Below are positions 37,827 through 50,849 of a stretch of 64,000 nt of DNA, one piece after another; positions within the stretch are counted from its first letter, which is position 1; every line of letters starts with the position of its first letter. The position numbers and the translations under genes are program-made. The notes beneath the pieces are model-generated. The model saw only the letters and a list, made by a program, of their open reading frames with translations. It did not search any database and was not told the origin of the DNA. Where the stretch lies: positions 15,872,001-15,936,000 of the forward strand of contig JBHGNT010000005.1 in assembly GCA_043228905.1 (NCBI GenBank). The letters run 5' to 3'. The DNA is from Azolla caroliniana (Eukaryota > Plantae > Polypodiophyta).

Positions 37827-39647
37827 TGAGAGAGAGAGAGAGAGAGAGAGAGAAGAAGAAAAAGAAAGTGATGACGTGTCAATAATAGTGTTAAAACATG
37901 TTTTTGATGTAACTTTGTACTCCGAACTCCGCTTTTTATGATTTTTGGCTCATTGCAAAGCTCATTCAGAGGGCTTTTGAAGGATTATTTGGAAGTTCAG
38001 TTTCATGGACACTAAAAGAAGCTACAAGGAAAATTGTCATCGTCTCATGTTAGTTCTCTCAATCTCTGTTAGGATTTTTGACACGACCATAGGAAGTGAG
38101 TTGATGATTGTCGATGGATGTGGTAGTAATGATGGTTATGACAATTACAAAAAACATTATATGCTGCTATTCTTGGTGGGAAAGATGTTATTGGGGATGA
38201 TTATATGATATTGACAATCGTTGTGGTTTTGTTAAGGCTTTGCTTTCAGATTTTATGGAAAAAATTGATTAACAACTTTTGACAGGTTCTATGATCGTGG
38301 TGTTATTTTGTATTTCACTCTTAAACTTCCTTTGATATCATGGATTAAGCAGTGGTTGAATTAATTTATAATGCCTAATTGTGTTGAGGATGTGTATGTG
38401 GATCCAAGAGGTTTCTATGATGTAGTTTTTCAATTGTCAGAACACCATACGACTTTGATGACAAAGGTACCAATCTTTTTTGATAGAAGATTAGTGCATG
38501 TGATGGAACGAGTTCCGCTAGTGGATTATAAAGATTGATTAAAACAACAATGTCCAATTTGGGTGATTGTTTATTGTAGTAACTCATTCTTTTGGGATTT
38601 ACTACTAGAATTGATGTCTCAAATAGGTAAAGTTTTGGTTGCTCCTCATGTTAATTTGTTAAACAAATATAATTTTTGCATGTTATGGGATACAAGTTGT
38701 AAACTTCCAGGATGGTTGAGTATAGATACATCGCAGAAATAAGTGCGAAATCACACATCGTCCAACCAATTATAATTCAATTCTTCACGAAGGGTGGTGC
38801 AACCTCAATTTAATCAAGGATTTTGTTCTCGTGGAGCTAGACAACAAAACCCTATTATTGGTTGAGGGGATGTAGTACACACAAATCCTTATGCAGCTCT
38901 TGAACAAGTAGTTAGTACATTCATGAATACACTTGCTCTTAAAGAGCAAGTTCTTACTAAAGGTGTTAAATGAAAGTGGTATCATGGAATGTGCGAGGGG
39001 TATCTTCTCATAAGAAATATATATTATGGAAAACTTTATTTGATACAGAATGGGATGTTTTATGTTCAACTCCACATAAAACATCCCATTTTGTATCAAA
39101 TAAAGTTTTGTAGTGTCATGATTTAGTAAGATCTATGTTACATTTGCGTGGATATTCCACATATTATGCATGGTAGTTATCACATCATTACTCAGGGGTA
39201 GTCATGATTAAGCATGATTTTTTGTGTGCACATATAGTCTATAATGATCCATATCGACGTTTTTTGGTGATGAAGGTATTTTGAGAATTTGATATGGTTG
39301 GTAGGAATCTATGTACCCGATAATTCTAATCAACACATTGAGTTATGGTCTTCTATATATCCACAATTATTAGTGGGTCGTGCTGGTTTATTAATGGGTG
39401 ATTTTAATATGTGTGTTGGTGCTTCACAATCTACTTCACGATTCTCATTGATGGATTCTCCTGAGCAAGCAATTTGGGACAAATTAGCATCAAAGGTTTT
39501 GAAGTTGGATGTATGACAATGGTTGCATCAAGATGAGGTAACCATTTGAGTTTACATTTTATTCTATAAAATATAAGAAAACATGGAGTAGGTTAGACAG
39601 AATGCATGTTATGCATGATGAGTCCTTTTTGCCAGAGATGCTTACTA

Positions 39648-40950
39648 TATCAGTTATGCAAAAGGTTGTGACATCAGATCATTTTCCCATATGTTTTGAG
39701 TTTAATAAACATGGGGTACATATGCACAAAACATTGCTTGATCGAGTTCCTTTGAGGTCTAATTCTTCTTTATTATTTCATTCCTTATTTGATGCATATA
39801 TGCAACAAAATTTTGGCATGTTTCTAGAACAAGTTATTTCAAAAGGATGGCATGCATGGATACAACACTACAAAATATCAGTGATATTCACCGTATGTAT
39901 GGTATGACTAATTCTAAAAGATGTAAGAAATTGTCAGTTATGCAAGAGGTTGTGACATCAGATCATTTTCCCATATGTTTTGAGTTTAATAAACATGGGT
40001 AGATATGTACAAAACATTGCTTGATCGAGTTCCTTTGAGGTTTACTTCTTCTTTATTATTTCACTCCTTATTTGATGCATATATGCAACAAACTTTTGGC
40101 TTGTTTTCAAAACAAGTTATTTCAAAAGGATGGCATGCATGGATACAACACTACAAAATATTAGTGATATTCACCGTATGTATGGTATGACTAATTCTAA
40201 AAGATGTAAGAAATTGTCAGTTATGCAAGAGGTTGTGACATCGGATCATTTTCCCATATGTTTTGAGTTTAATAAACATAGGTAGATATGTACAAAACAT
40301 TGCTTGATCGAGTTTCTTTGAGGTTTACTTCTTCTTTATTATTTCACTCCTTATTTGATGCATATATGCAACAAACTTTTGGCTTGTTTTCAAAACAAGT
40401 TATTTCAAAAGGATGGCATGCATGGGATACAACACTACAAAACATCGGTGATATTCATTGCATGTATGGTATGACTAATGCTAAAATACGTAAGAAATTG
40501 ATTGATAAGTTTTCACATATTCTTACGCGATGCAATGTACCATTGATGAATAATCCACACGATGAAGAGCTTTTGGATTTTCAAGTTCAAATATAGGACA
40601 TTGTGAAGAATTTGTCTTGTCAAAGTTCTCAATAGATAAGACTACGTCAGTTAAAGAAGGAATTTATAGATACAACAAGTTATTTCAAAAGGATGGCATG
40701 CATGGGATACAACACAACAAAACATCGGTGATATTCATTGCATGTATGGTATGACTAATGCTAAAAGACGTAAGAAATTGATTGATAAGTTTTCACATAT
40801 TCTTACGCGATGCAATGTACCATTGATGAATAATCCGCACGATGAAGAGCTTTTGGATTTTCAAGTTCAAATATAGGACATTGTGAAGAATTTGTCTTGT
40901 CAAAGTTATCAATAGATAAGACTATGTCAGTTAAAGAAGGAATTAATAGA
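39648..40950. repeat. Internal tandem duplications in the L1-like LINE (three ~283-bp units, then an overlapping ~280-bp duplication)
   Basis: TCAGTTATGCAA.AGGTTGTGACATC at about 39650, 39935 and 40217. ACAAGTTATTTCAAAAGGATGGCATGCATGGGATAC...TCAGTTAAAGAAGG at about 40396 and 40675. Confidence 0.85.
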
Positions 40951-42115
40951 CAATCAATCACAACCTCATATGTTTTTTCAAAGATTAAGACCATCGTACG
41001 CTTGTTCAAATGTGGTACAAATTAAGATAGGGTATGAAATCGTTCTAGACCCAATCAAGGTTATTGAGTTATGTATTTCTCATTTTAAGAATTTGATTGG
41101 GCTAGAATTGATTATTAATGAGGATGTATTGAAAGCACGACAATAGTTTTATAATGTAATTGGGTGTGTCATGAATACAAATATTTGAAGAAGCTAAGTT
41201 GGAAAAGGTATTGTTACACTGTCCAAATGGTAAAAGCCCCGGTTGGGATGATATTACAAATGAAGTTTTTAAGAAGTATGCTTGCATTTGTTAGTAATGA
41301 TGCCAAATCTTGCGGCTAGTGGTGATATTGTGGGTTTGCATCTTCCTTCTAGTGGACTATTGGTGGCACAAGTATTGGCTGATGATCTTTTATGTTGTTA
41401 CAAGCCTCAAACGAAAATCTTGAAAGAAGTATGCAAGTTTGGGATAAATTTGCTTTGGCTTTAGGGTTGTATATAAATAGGAGGAAGTTTCGCCTTATTT
41501 CTTGTATGGAGAGTGATTTGGAATGTTTGGGATGACGAGGGTCAATGATGACATGAGGATCAATTTATTGACATTTGGATTATCCATTAGGTATTGATGT
41601 TGCAAATGTTCAATTGATTGATTGGATTGGTAGTAAATTGAAGGAAAAATTCATGTATCAAAAATCTCAATTATGGCTCTTTCATGTACGACTCAAAGTG
41701 GTGCGATACCCATGTTATTATATTTTTTACGGTTACTACCTTGGACTAAGAAAGCATTACAAAACATGTTACAACTTATTCGGTTCATGTTGTGGTGGAA
41801 GGGAGAAATGATGGGAGTTACATTGATTTCATGGGACCTTTTGGCTACTCCCGAAATGTTAGGTAGTGCAACAATATTGGATTTAGAAATGCATTTGATG
41901 GCTCGTAGATTTGCATTATTACGAGATAATATGTCACCAAGATCAATCATGGATATCTATGATGGAATATTTTATTGAGCATGAAGGATTGGTGCACGGG
42001 AAAACAAAGATTCAAGCATCTTGGTGGTCATTACTCAATGGAAGTATTCCTCTAAAGATTCAACATTCTATATGTGGACAACAATTCTTAAGATCATGGC
42101 AAGATGCATTATCTC

Positions 42116-42475
42116 TGTCATGACGACATACATTTTGGCCTTACAAGGATTTGAGCCCAAGACGTCTTGGTCTATATGTTAGACCTTTAACCATTATACT
42201 AACATATATAATGTATAGTTATAATAAATGTATTATTAGTTATTACAAGACATTTAGAGTATTCTAGAATATTCTAGGATATTCCATGATTATATTAAAT
42301 ATCATAAATATCTAAAATATTCTAGAACATTCTAGAATACTCTATAAGGACCTATAAATAGGTGTCTATTCATTCATCACAACTCATTCGGTTCAACACC
42401 AGTTTGTAGCCCCTTAGCCTACTCTTTGTAATCCTTCCTGTCTTATAATATAAACTCTCTTTCCATTTCTAGTGT

Positions 42476-42522
<47 letters not shown>

Positions 42523-45500
42523 CTTCTATTGTCATCTTATTTTTCTCTCTCCTATTCTCAAGTCACGACAGTTTGAACCGAATCTATCTCTTTTCTTCTT
42601 CTCAGGTGATATAGTTGAAGAGTCTGAACCAATTCATGTAGTCCTAGGCAATTTGGCTAGTGTCATCTCATTCAACATCATTAGTAGTCCAGAGCACTCC
42701 CTAGTTCTTGGTCTTCCATGGTTTGAGCTACATAACCCAACTATTGATTGGAGAAAAAGAACCATTGAAGAAGTCACAATACAGTCTGAGCCTCTTAAAA
42801 CTCCAACAAAGGATATGACATTCCAAAAGATTTCGACAATCTCTATACATCAATTATGTGCGGAAGGACGGAAGGAAGACATGTTGGTGTTCGCAGTTTT
42901 AACAACTCCCACATCGAGCTCACAAGAATCGGGGGTCCAACTACCGAAGAAATATATAGAATTCTCCAATGTTTTTGATAAGGTGAAGGCCAATAGACTA
43001 CCGGAGCATCGACCATATGATTGCCCGATTGATTTGCAGCCCGGAAAAGAGCCTCCATGGGGGCCAATTTATATCCTTTCACCCACGGAGTTAGAGGTTC
43101 TTCGGGAATATATCGATGAGAACTTGGCGAATGGGTTTATCTAGCATTCAAGATCTCCTGCCGGCGCACCCATATTTTTCATTAAGAAGAAAGATGGTTC
43201 TCTTTGTCTGGTCGTGGATTATCGAGGATTGAATAAAGTAACTATTCGAAACCGATATGCTCTACCATTGATTTCGAGCCTTCTGGAACGCCTCAATGGA
43301 GCTAAGTATTTCACAAAGTTAGATCTTCGAGGTGCTTACAATCTTGTTCGAATTCGTCTTGGGGATGAATGGAAGACTGCTTTTCGTACTCGCTATGGCC
43401 ATTTTGAGTATACAGTGATGCCATTTGGTCTCACGAATGCACCAACAGTTTTCCAACATATGGCGAATGACATTTTTCGAGATTTCCTCGATATTTTCGT
43501 CATAATTTACCTAGATGATATCTTGATCTACTCAAAAACTCAAGAGGATCATGATATACATGTTCGACAAGCTTTGCAACAGTTGCGTGAATATGGTCTC
43601 TATGCAAAATTGGAGAAGTGCAGCTTTGACCAGCGTCAAGTGGAATTTTTGGGGTACATAGTCTCTTCACATGGCATCTCTATGGATCCAGCAAAGGTTC
43701 AAACAGTTTTGGATTGGCAAACACCACGGTCTGTGCGAGATGTACAATGTTTTTTAGGGTTCGCAAAATTTTATCGCAAGTTCATCAAAGATTATTCAAA
43801 GATCGTATTGCCCCTGACTCAGCTGACATAGAAGAATCAACCATTTGTGTGGAGTATAAATGCAAACTTTGCATTTGAAGGATTAAAGCAAGCATTTACA
43901 TCCGCACCAATTTTGATGCATGTTGATCCATTGAAGCGCTTTATACTGGAAGCTAATGCATCTGACTTCGCACTAGGAAGCGTATTATCCCAGATTAGCA
44001 ATGATGGCCAACTGCACCCTGTGGCTTTTCATTCACGGAAATTCGAAGCTGCAGAAATCAACTATGAGATTCACGACAAAGAGCTTCTTGCCATTGTGGA
44101 TTCTTTTCAACAATGGCGTCATTTTTTGGAGGGTTCGTCTCAACAAATCATTGTCTATAATGATCACAAAAATCTAACGTACTTCCAAAGTGCTCGAGTC
44201 TTGAGTCGTCGAGAAGCTCGTTGGGCGCTGTTTTTAACTCGTTTTGATTTCGTAATTCTATATCGCCGTGGGACGCAACAAGGCAAAACAGATGCTTTAT
44301 CTCGACGTTCATATATGGAACTTCAACCAGGAGAGGCTGCATTTGAAAGTAAGAAGCAAATCCTCTTGGGTCCTGACCGTCTCTCTACTAGTGGCTTTTC
44401 ATGGTATAGACACACCCGAGGATTCAAGTCTTCTAGACTCCATTCGGGAGCATATTGAGACTGATGAATTCGCCCAAGATATTCTGAACCATATTATCCC
44501 AGATTGTGCTTCTTGTTCACAATCTCAAAATCCTCGTCAAGACTACAACCAGTTCAATTGGCATGATGGTTTACTTTTTCGACAAAATCTCTTATATGTG
44601 CCTGATGGTCCTTCTCGACTCCAAGTCTTGCAACAATGTCATGATACACCAATGGCTGGACATTTTGGCATCCACAAGACTTTGGCGTTAATTTCTCGAA
44701 GGTATTGGTGGCCACAACTTCGCCATTTTGTTACGGATTATGTTCGTAGTTGTGATACATGTTGCCGATCCAAAAACCCTTGACATCATCCATATGGCTT
44801 ATTACAGCCAATGCCTATTCCTGAGAGTCCATGGAAATCTATTTCATTGGACTTCATTACGGATCTACCACCTTCCAAGGGTTTTGATTCTATTCTCACG
44901 GTAGTAGATCGTTTTACCAAGATGGCACATTTTCTTCCCTGCACAAAGGCCATTACGAGCCAAGAGACAACTGAGTTACTCATGCGAGAGGTGTTTCGGC
45001 ATCATGGTCTTCCTGATGATATTATCAGTGATCGGGGTCCCTAGTTCATCTCAAAATTTTGGCGGCACATGTTCAAACTCTTACATACTTCTTGCAAACT
45101 CTCTTCTGGCTACCATCCAGAAACTAACGGACAGAGTGAGTGCACCAACCAAACAGTAGAACAATATCTTCGTTGTTTTGTCAACTATCAACAAGATGAT
45201 TGGGTTGATCTATTACATTTGGCGGAATTTGCTTACAACAACTCAGAACATTCTTCTACTAGATATTCCCCATTTTTTGCAAACATTGGGTACCATCCTT
45301 GTTGGACTATGCTTGAACATCCCGAACTCCTGACAAACCCGGCTGCTGAAGATCGGCTCACCCGACTCCAAGAAGTTCAAGATATCCTTTTGCACCATTT
45401 ATGTGATGCTCAAAACACTCAAAAGAAGGTTGCCGACCGTCATCGACGTGATTCATCGACTACGTTTCAAGTGGGGGATCGAGTATGGCTTTTACAAGGT

Positions 45501-48500
45501 CGCATTAAAACAACCCGACCTTGCTGCAAATTGGATTATCAACGTTTTGGCCCATATGTGATATCTGGTAAGATCAATGATGTGGCATTTCGCCTTGATC
45601 TTCCCCCTCATATGCATCTTCACCCGGTCTTCCATGTTTCACTTTTGGAGCCGTACACAACCAGCTCTATTCCAGGCCGTCTTACATCTCCCCCACCTCC
45701 AATCGAAGTTTCGGATGGCTCCGAATATGAAGTTGCTGCCATTCTCGACTCCAAGATCGTTCGCAACAAACTGTATTATTTGGTTGACTGGCTAGGTTAT
45801 ACACCTAATGATCGAACATGGGAACCTCTTGAGAATCTTGCTAATGCCTTTGAAATGGTTGTTGCATTTCACAACAAATATCCTCATAAGCCGAGTTCGA
45901 AATCTTGTCTTCTGACTCGTGAAACTCGTCGTCGAAAAGAGGGGATAATGTCACGACGACATACATTTTGGCCTTACACGGATTCGAGCCCAAGACGTCT
46001 TGGTCTATATGTTAGACCTTTAACCATTATACTAACATATATGATGTATAGTTATAATAAATGTATAGTTATAATAAATGTATTATTAATTATTACAAGA
46101 CATTTAGAGTATTCTAGAACATTCTAGAGTATTCCAGAACAATCTAGAGTATTCTAGAACATTCTAGGATATTCCATGATTATATTAAATATCATAAATA
46201 TCTAAAATATTCTAGAACATTCTAGAATACTCCATAAGGACCTATAAATAGGTGTCTATTCATTCATCACAACTCCTTCGGTTCAACACCAGTTTGTAGC
46301 CCCTTAGCCTACTCTTTGTAATCCTTGCTCTCTTATAATATAAACTCTCTTTCCATTTCTAGTGTTCTCTTTAATGCGAGAACCCAATCCCGACAATGCA
46401 CAATATTTCAAATGAATAGAAACCTAGAAATGGTAAATGTCGATCCTTCAGACATAGACACCACACGTAGATCAAAGGATCAAGGTGCAGACGCCACGAG
46501 CTTTGGCCATCATTTGCTCGAACTCGGTAGTCGGCACCAGATGGTCATATATAATGGTTTAGCCAAGTGGCCAGGTTCGGAAGAGCTCACATGTTTCCCA
46601 CATGGAGGAGGGGAAAGCACAGTCGATTATCTAATAGGACGCCCTGAAGCCACCCACATGATTAACTCCTTCCGAGTGGCCCCATGTCCTATTGGCGCAG
46701 ACCATAGTTTCTTATACTTCGAGATAAAATGCGATATCTCTAACGTCACCAACTCTAGTCAACCACGCCATGACATCACAATACATTTCACACATGAGCT
46801 CTCTGACATATATGCTCGACATGTTCAAGCCCATCTCTCCTCCCTTGATCCCTCCCTACCTTTAGAGAGCCTTAATACGAAACTCACACACATCCTTCAT
46901 TCTGCAGCGGTTAGCAGCTTCCCATACACGAAACACTCCAATCAAGGTAAAGTAGGATCTATGCCACAAAATAGATGGTATGATGAGGATTGTAGGTGCT
47001 TACATCGACAACTTACAATATCGCAACTCAGTGGTAGTATTACCTCAGTACAAGCTCGTAAAGAAATGCGCAAGATGACACGTCGTAAGAGACGAGCATG
47101 GGAGGCATCCCAATATTGGGAACTCTACCACATGCTCATGAGTAACGATTGTGCCACTGCATGGAAGAGATTACGGGAACCAAGACCACAAACACCCATC
47201 GAAGATCCCAAAACTTGGCACACTTATACAGAGAGACTTTACCACATCCCAAACCAACCACCCATTCCAATGCCTTCCACACCCCGACCTACTGTGGGGA
47301 CACTCTTCACGACCTCTAGGGTCACGAAGGTCATAAAGAAATTACAACATAGGAAGTCCATGGACCACACAAGATTGCGAGCAGAACACATCATATACGC
47401 GAGAGAGTGCCTAGCTCCCTTACTAACTCTAATCTTCAATTGTGCCCTTGCAGAGGGTTTTCCATCACAATGGACCATGAACACAGTGGCCCCCATACAT
47501 AAGGGGGGGGACCCCATGGACCCAAATACTTATAGGACCATTATGATAGGTCATACCCTTGCTAAATTATATGGTGCAGTAATGGAGGCAGAGCTTAGCG
47601 AGTATATGGAGACCTTAAATCTTCGTGCACCTGAACAGGCCGGCTTTAGACGAGCCTTCTCCACTATTGACCATATCTTCACACTTAGATGCTTAATTGA
47701 CCAGACTAAGGCTCGCAAGAAGAAACTATATTGTTGTTTTGTGGACTTCCGCAAAGCCTTTGACACGGTCCCTAGAGAGCGGTTGTTTGATAGGCTTAAG
47801 AGCTTGAGGATACCAGATGACATGGTTTGGGCCATCTACGCACTATATGAACAAGTGTCCGGGTGTGTTCGATGCCCAGGCGGCATATCCGATAGTTTCA
47901 CTAGCACTATTGGTGTAAAACAAGGTTGCCCCTTATCTCCGACTCTTTTTGGGATCTACATTGATGAGATCACAGATTTTATTGCTCGTAAGGGAGGCAA
48001 TGGAGTAGTCCTTGGAGGTACGCAGGTGCGTATCTTGCTCTATGCAGATGACATAGTTTTGCTCTCTGAATCCGAACACGACCTACAAAGGCACCTTAAT
48101 GCCTTAGATGACTTTTGCACACAACGAGGATTGGTAGTGAATCTAGGGAAAACTAAAGTCCTTATCTTCCACACGTCGGCCCAAGTTAGAGCTAAGTGTC
48201 ACCTAACTATCTCCCATAGCCCAGTTGAGGTGGTTGGATCATATGTCTATCTCGGAGTCACTTTCAGTGCCCGCTCAGGTAAATTTTCGATGACACAAGC
48301 AGCGAAGGATAGACTTACAAGAGGACATGCATCCCTCTCACTCCTCGAGAGACAATGCCACCAAGCATACTTCCAAGAGCCACGAACTAAAGGGTGGCTC
48401 TTTGACTCATTAGTGACTCCCTCTCTCATGTATGCATCAGCGGTTTGGGCCCCAGGACTACCATCTTTCATGTGGACGCAATTAGAGAGACCATTGGTGA

Positions 48501-49856
48501 TGATGTTATCACGCCAACTCCGAAGCAAATCGTCGGTCCCACATGACATTATTAGGGCTGAGTTCACTCTACCCCCTATGTTAGTAGAAGCACTTTTTCA
48601 ACTGGTAGTCTTTATACACAGGATACATAACCAACCACTTGATAGAATATCCCACCAAGCCTTTAAGGCTTCTCGAGCATTGTATGAGTCCGGCTATACT
48701 AGCTCATGGTATGGCATGATGGTGAGTTGGCTTCTTGCCAACGGTCTAGACATTACTAACCTCCCCCCCCTTAAGTACGACCACACGAATGATAACACTT
48801 TACTCTCTCATGAGGACCGTAATAAAGTAATACGCCAAGAAATATGGCAAATTTATACCCGGTATAAATGGATCACCCCACTAGAGCCACTCCCATCTAA
48901 AATGTTGTACTATAAGGAACACTTTATGCACTTCTCTGAGTTAGGTTTTATCACGCGCCCAAAATATCTAGATGTATTCTTACCACATGCACTAAGGGTT
49001 GCCATTGGTCAACTTAGAATATCATCTCACCAACTTGAGATTGAGAATGGACGTACTAATGGAGTCCCTAGGGAGGAAAGTATATGTAGGTTATGCCACA
49101 TAGAGATAGAGGACGAGTACCATTTTACATGCAAATGCCCCACCTATGCCGAGATAAGGGCAAAATACCAAGACATACTTGGTTCCTCTCCCACCCTCCC
49201 TAAACTATTAGATACACTAGATATAAAGAAATTAGGTAGATACATCTTAGAATTGAAACACCACAGAGAGAAAAAATTACAAAACGTTGATAATAATGTT
49301 GCTAATGTTTACCAACATATAACAAATGAAGTTTTTCAGGAACAGGGGGAGACAATGAATGTCGACACACCTGCACCACTCGGACTTCTCCTTGATGAAG
49401 CAGAAAATCAAAGAAGAACCAAACGCCCTCGGATGCCGGGTTTCAAAGCAACTCGACGAGATGTAGAAGCAATAAAGAAAATAAGGGAACGTGAACTACA
49501 CCGCCTAGAAGCCATGGCTAGGGCACTCTGTGCATCGGGACCATGGGTCACACCCACACCAAAAACTTTTGACCTCACTTCTTTTTGAGAGACTTGGGTG
49601 GAAATGAGATTAGGTTTGGTGCAAAGTTTTGTACACTACTAGAACTTTCTTAGCTTAAGCTATTTTCTTTTATTTTTAGTTTTGATGATTGGATAAACAC
49701 TCATTTTTTGTTGTAACCTATTTGTCTCATGGGCCAAATTTGGCCTTAGAAGACGTTAATATATCTTTCTTTCTTTCTTTCTTTCTTTCTCTGTCTCTCC
49801 CCCTCTACCTTCTACTATCATCTTATTTTTCTCTCTCCTATTCTCAAGTCACGACA
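42116..49856 (+). mobile_element. Ty3/gypsy chromovirus (Tcn1/Tf1-sushi-like), gag-less; LTRs 42116-42570 and 45949-49856 (split by a LINE); TSD ATCTC
   Basis: TGTCA...CGACA LTRs, ATCTC at 42111-42115 and 49857-49861, and PPT AAAAGAGGGGATAA at 45935-45948. Protease C-half (LVLGLPWF), RT (YLDD), RNase H, integrase (H-H-C-C, SLDF, SDRGP), GPY motif and chromodomain EYEVAAILDS...YLVDWLGY...TWEP. Several stops. Confidence 0.95.
46371..49790 (+). mobile_element. Young 5'-truncated non-LTR retrotransposon (RTE-X-like) with an uninterrupted ~1070-codon ORF2 and a (CTTT)n tail
   Basis: It starts at FNART, i.e. within the endonuclease GDFN motif. STVDY...ADH, EQAGFR, FVDFRKAFD, GVKQGCPLSP, LLYADD, LRISSHQLEIENGR and CRLC...EDEYHFTCKC follow, with a stop at 49588. 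The clade call rests on recalled motifs, not a phylogeny. Confidence 0.9.
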
Positions 49857-50849
49857 ATCTCTTTTTGGGTGGGGACCATCAAGTGATCGAGAATCTTGTA
49901 ATTCATTACAAAATGAATTGTTTATTTCTTCTCAATTCAATCGTTTATTTCGATTGGGGGTTGTACATTTGGAAGATGTGGTTGATAATGAATCTCAAAG
50001 GTTGTCGGAATTTGAAGATGCCAAGCGATGGTTATGCATTCCCCCAAATTATGGATTCATTTGGGAGAAACTACAAGATATACCATTGTTGCAAGGATCT
50101 TTGCCATTGAAAACAAATGTTGCACATTGGGTGGATTGACGGTTACAAGATGGTACACGCTTGTTACAAGTAACTAAAAATATATTGTATCATCATGCAA
50201 TGTCATCATTATCTTGCCTATCTCCTAAAGCAGAGAAATTGTGGAATGTATGTTAGTCGGATGCAAGATGGTGGAAAATATTATAATGTGGTTGGCATTC
50301 CCATCTACCATTTCATGCATAGGGAGAGTCATGATTGGTGGGCTCCCATTAGGTTCGACCTTAAAGAGACGAGGACTAGGGTTAGACACTTGTTTCTTTT
50401 GCACCATTCCATTGGAGGATAGTACACATAGGTTCATTAAATTTCCTATAGCGTGTACCATTTGGAAGTACTTATCGGACATTTGACAAGTTTTAACCTG
50501 TTGTTGTTTGAGACCTCAACACTGGGTTTTTTCTCAATATGTTCAAAATAGTTCAAATGATGAGATGGAGATATTGTTCCAATTTTTACGTTAGTGGGGA
50601 CTACAACACAATTAGAATATGCGTAATGCTTTCATGTTTGATAACAGACATGAGGTGAAAGCCTATATACAGAAGCTGAAAGGTATTCTCATGTGGAAAT
50701 TTTGGATGTTAGAGCATGTTGGGATCATTTCCACAAATGCACATTTAGATTTTTTTAATGGCATTACAGGACGTCCCTCTCCCTACAAAGAAGTGTTGTA
50801 ATTAAGTGGATTTTACATACAATTAATATTATTGTGTGCTTTTACAAAA

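Larger units (their letters stand above)
38970..50800 (+). mobile_element. Degraded L1-like LINE ORF2, split by the chromovirus insertion at 42116-49856
   Basis: ATGAAAGTGGTATCATGGAATGTGCGAGGG = MKVVSWNVRG at 38970. Endonuclease motifs LMGDFN, SRLDR and SDHFPI, then KSPGWDD and LADD. After the insert comes a zf-RVT-like CFFC...EDSTH...C near 50390-50460. Confidence 0.75.

Noticed and set aside
46325-46370. N-terminus of the 1087-aa ORF as called in the ORF track
   Set aside because: These codons are LTR sequence matching the 5' LTR at about 42435-42480; the LINE begins near 46371.
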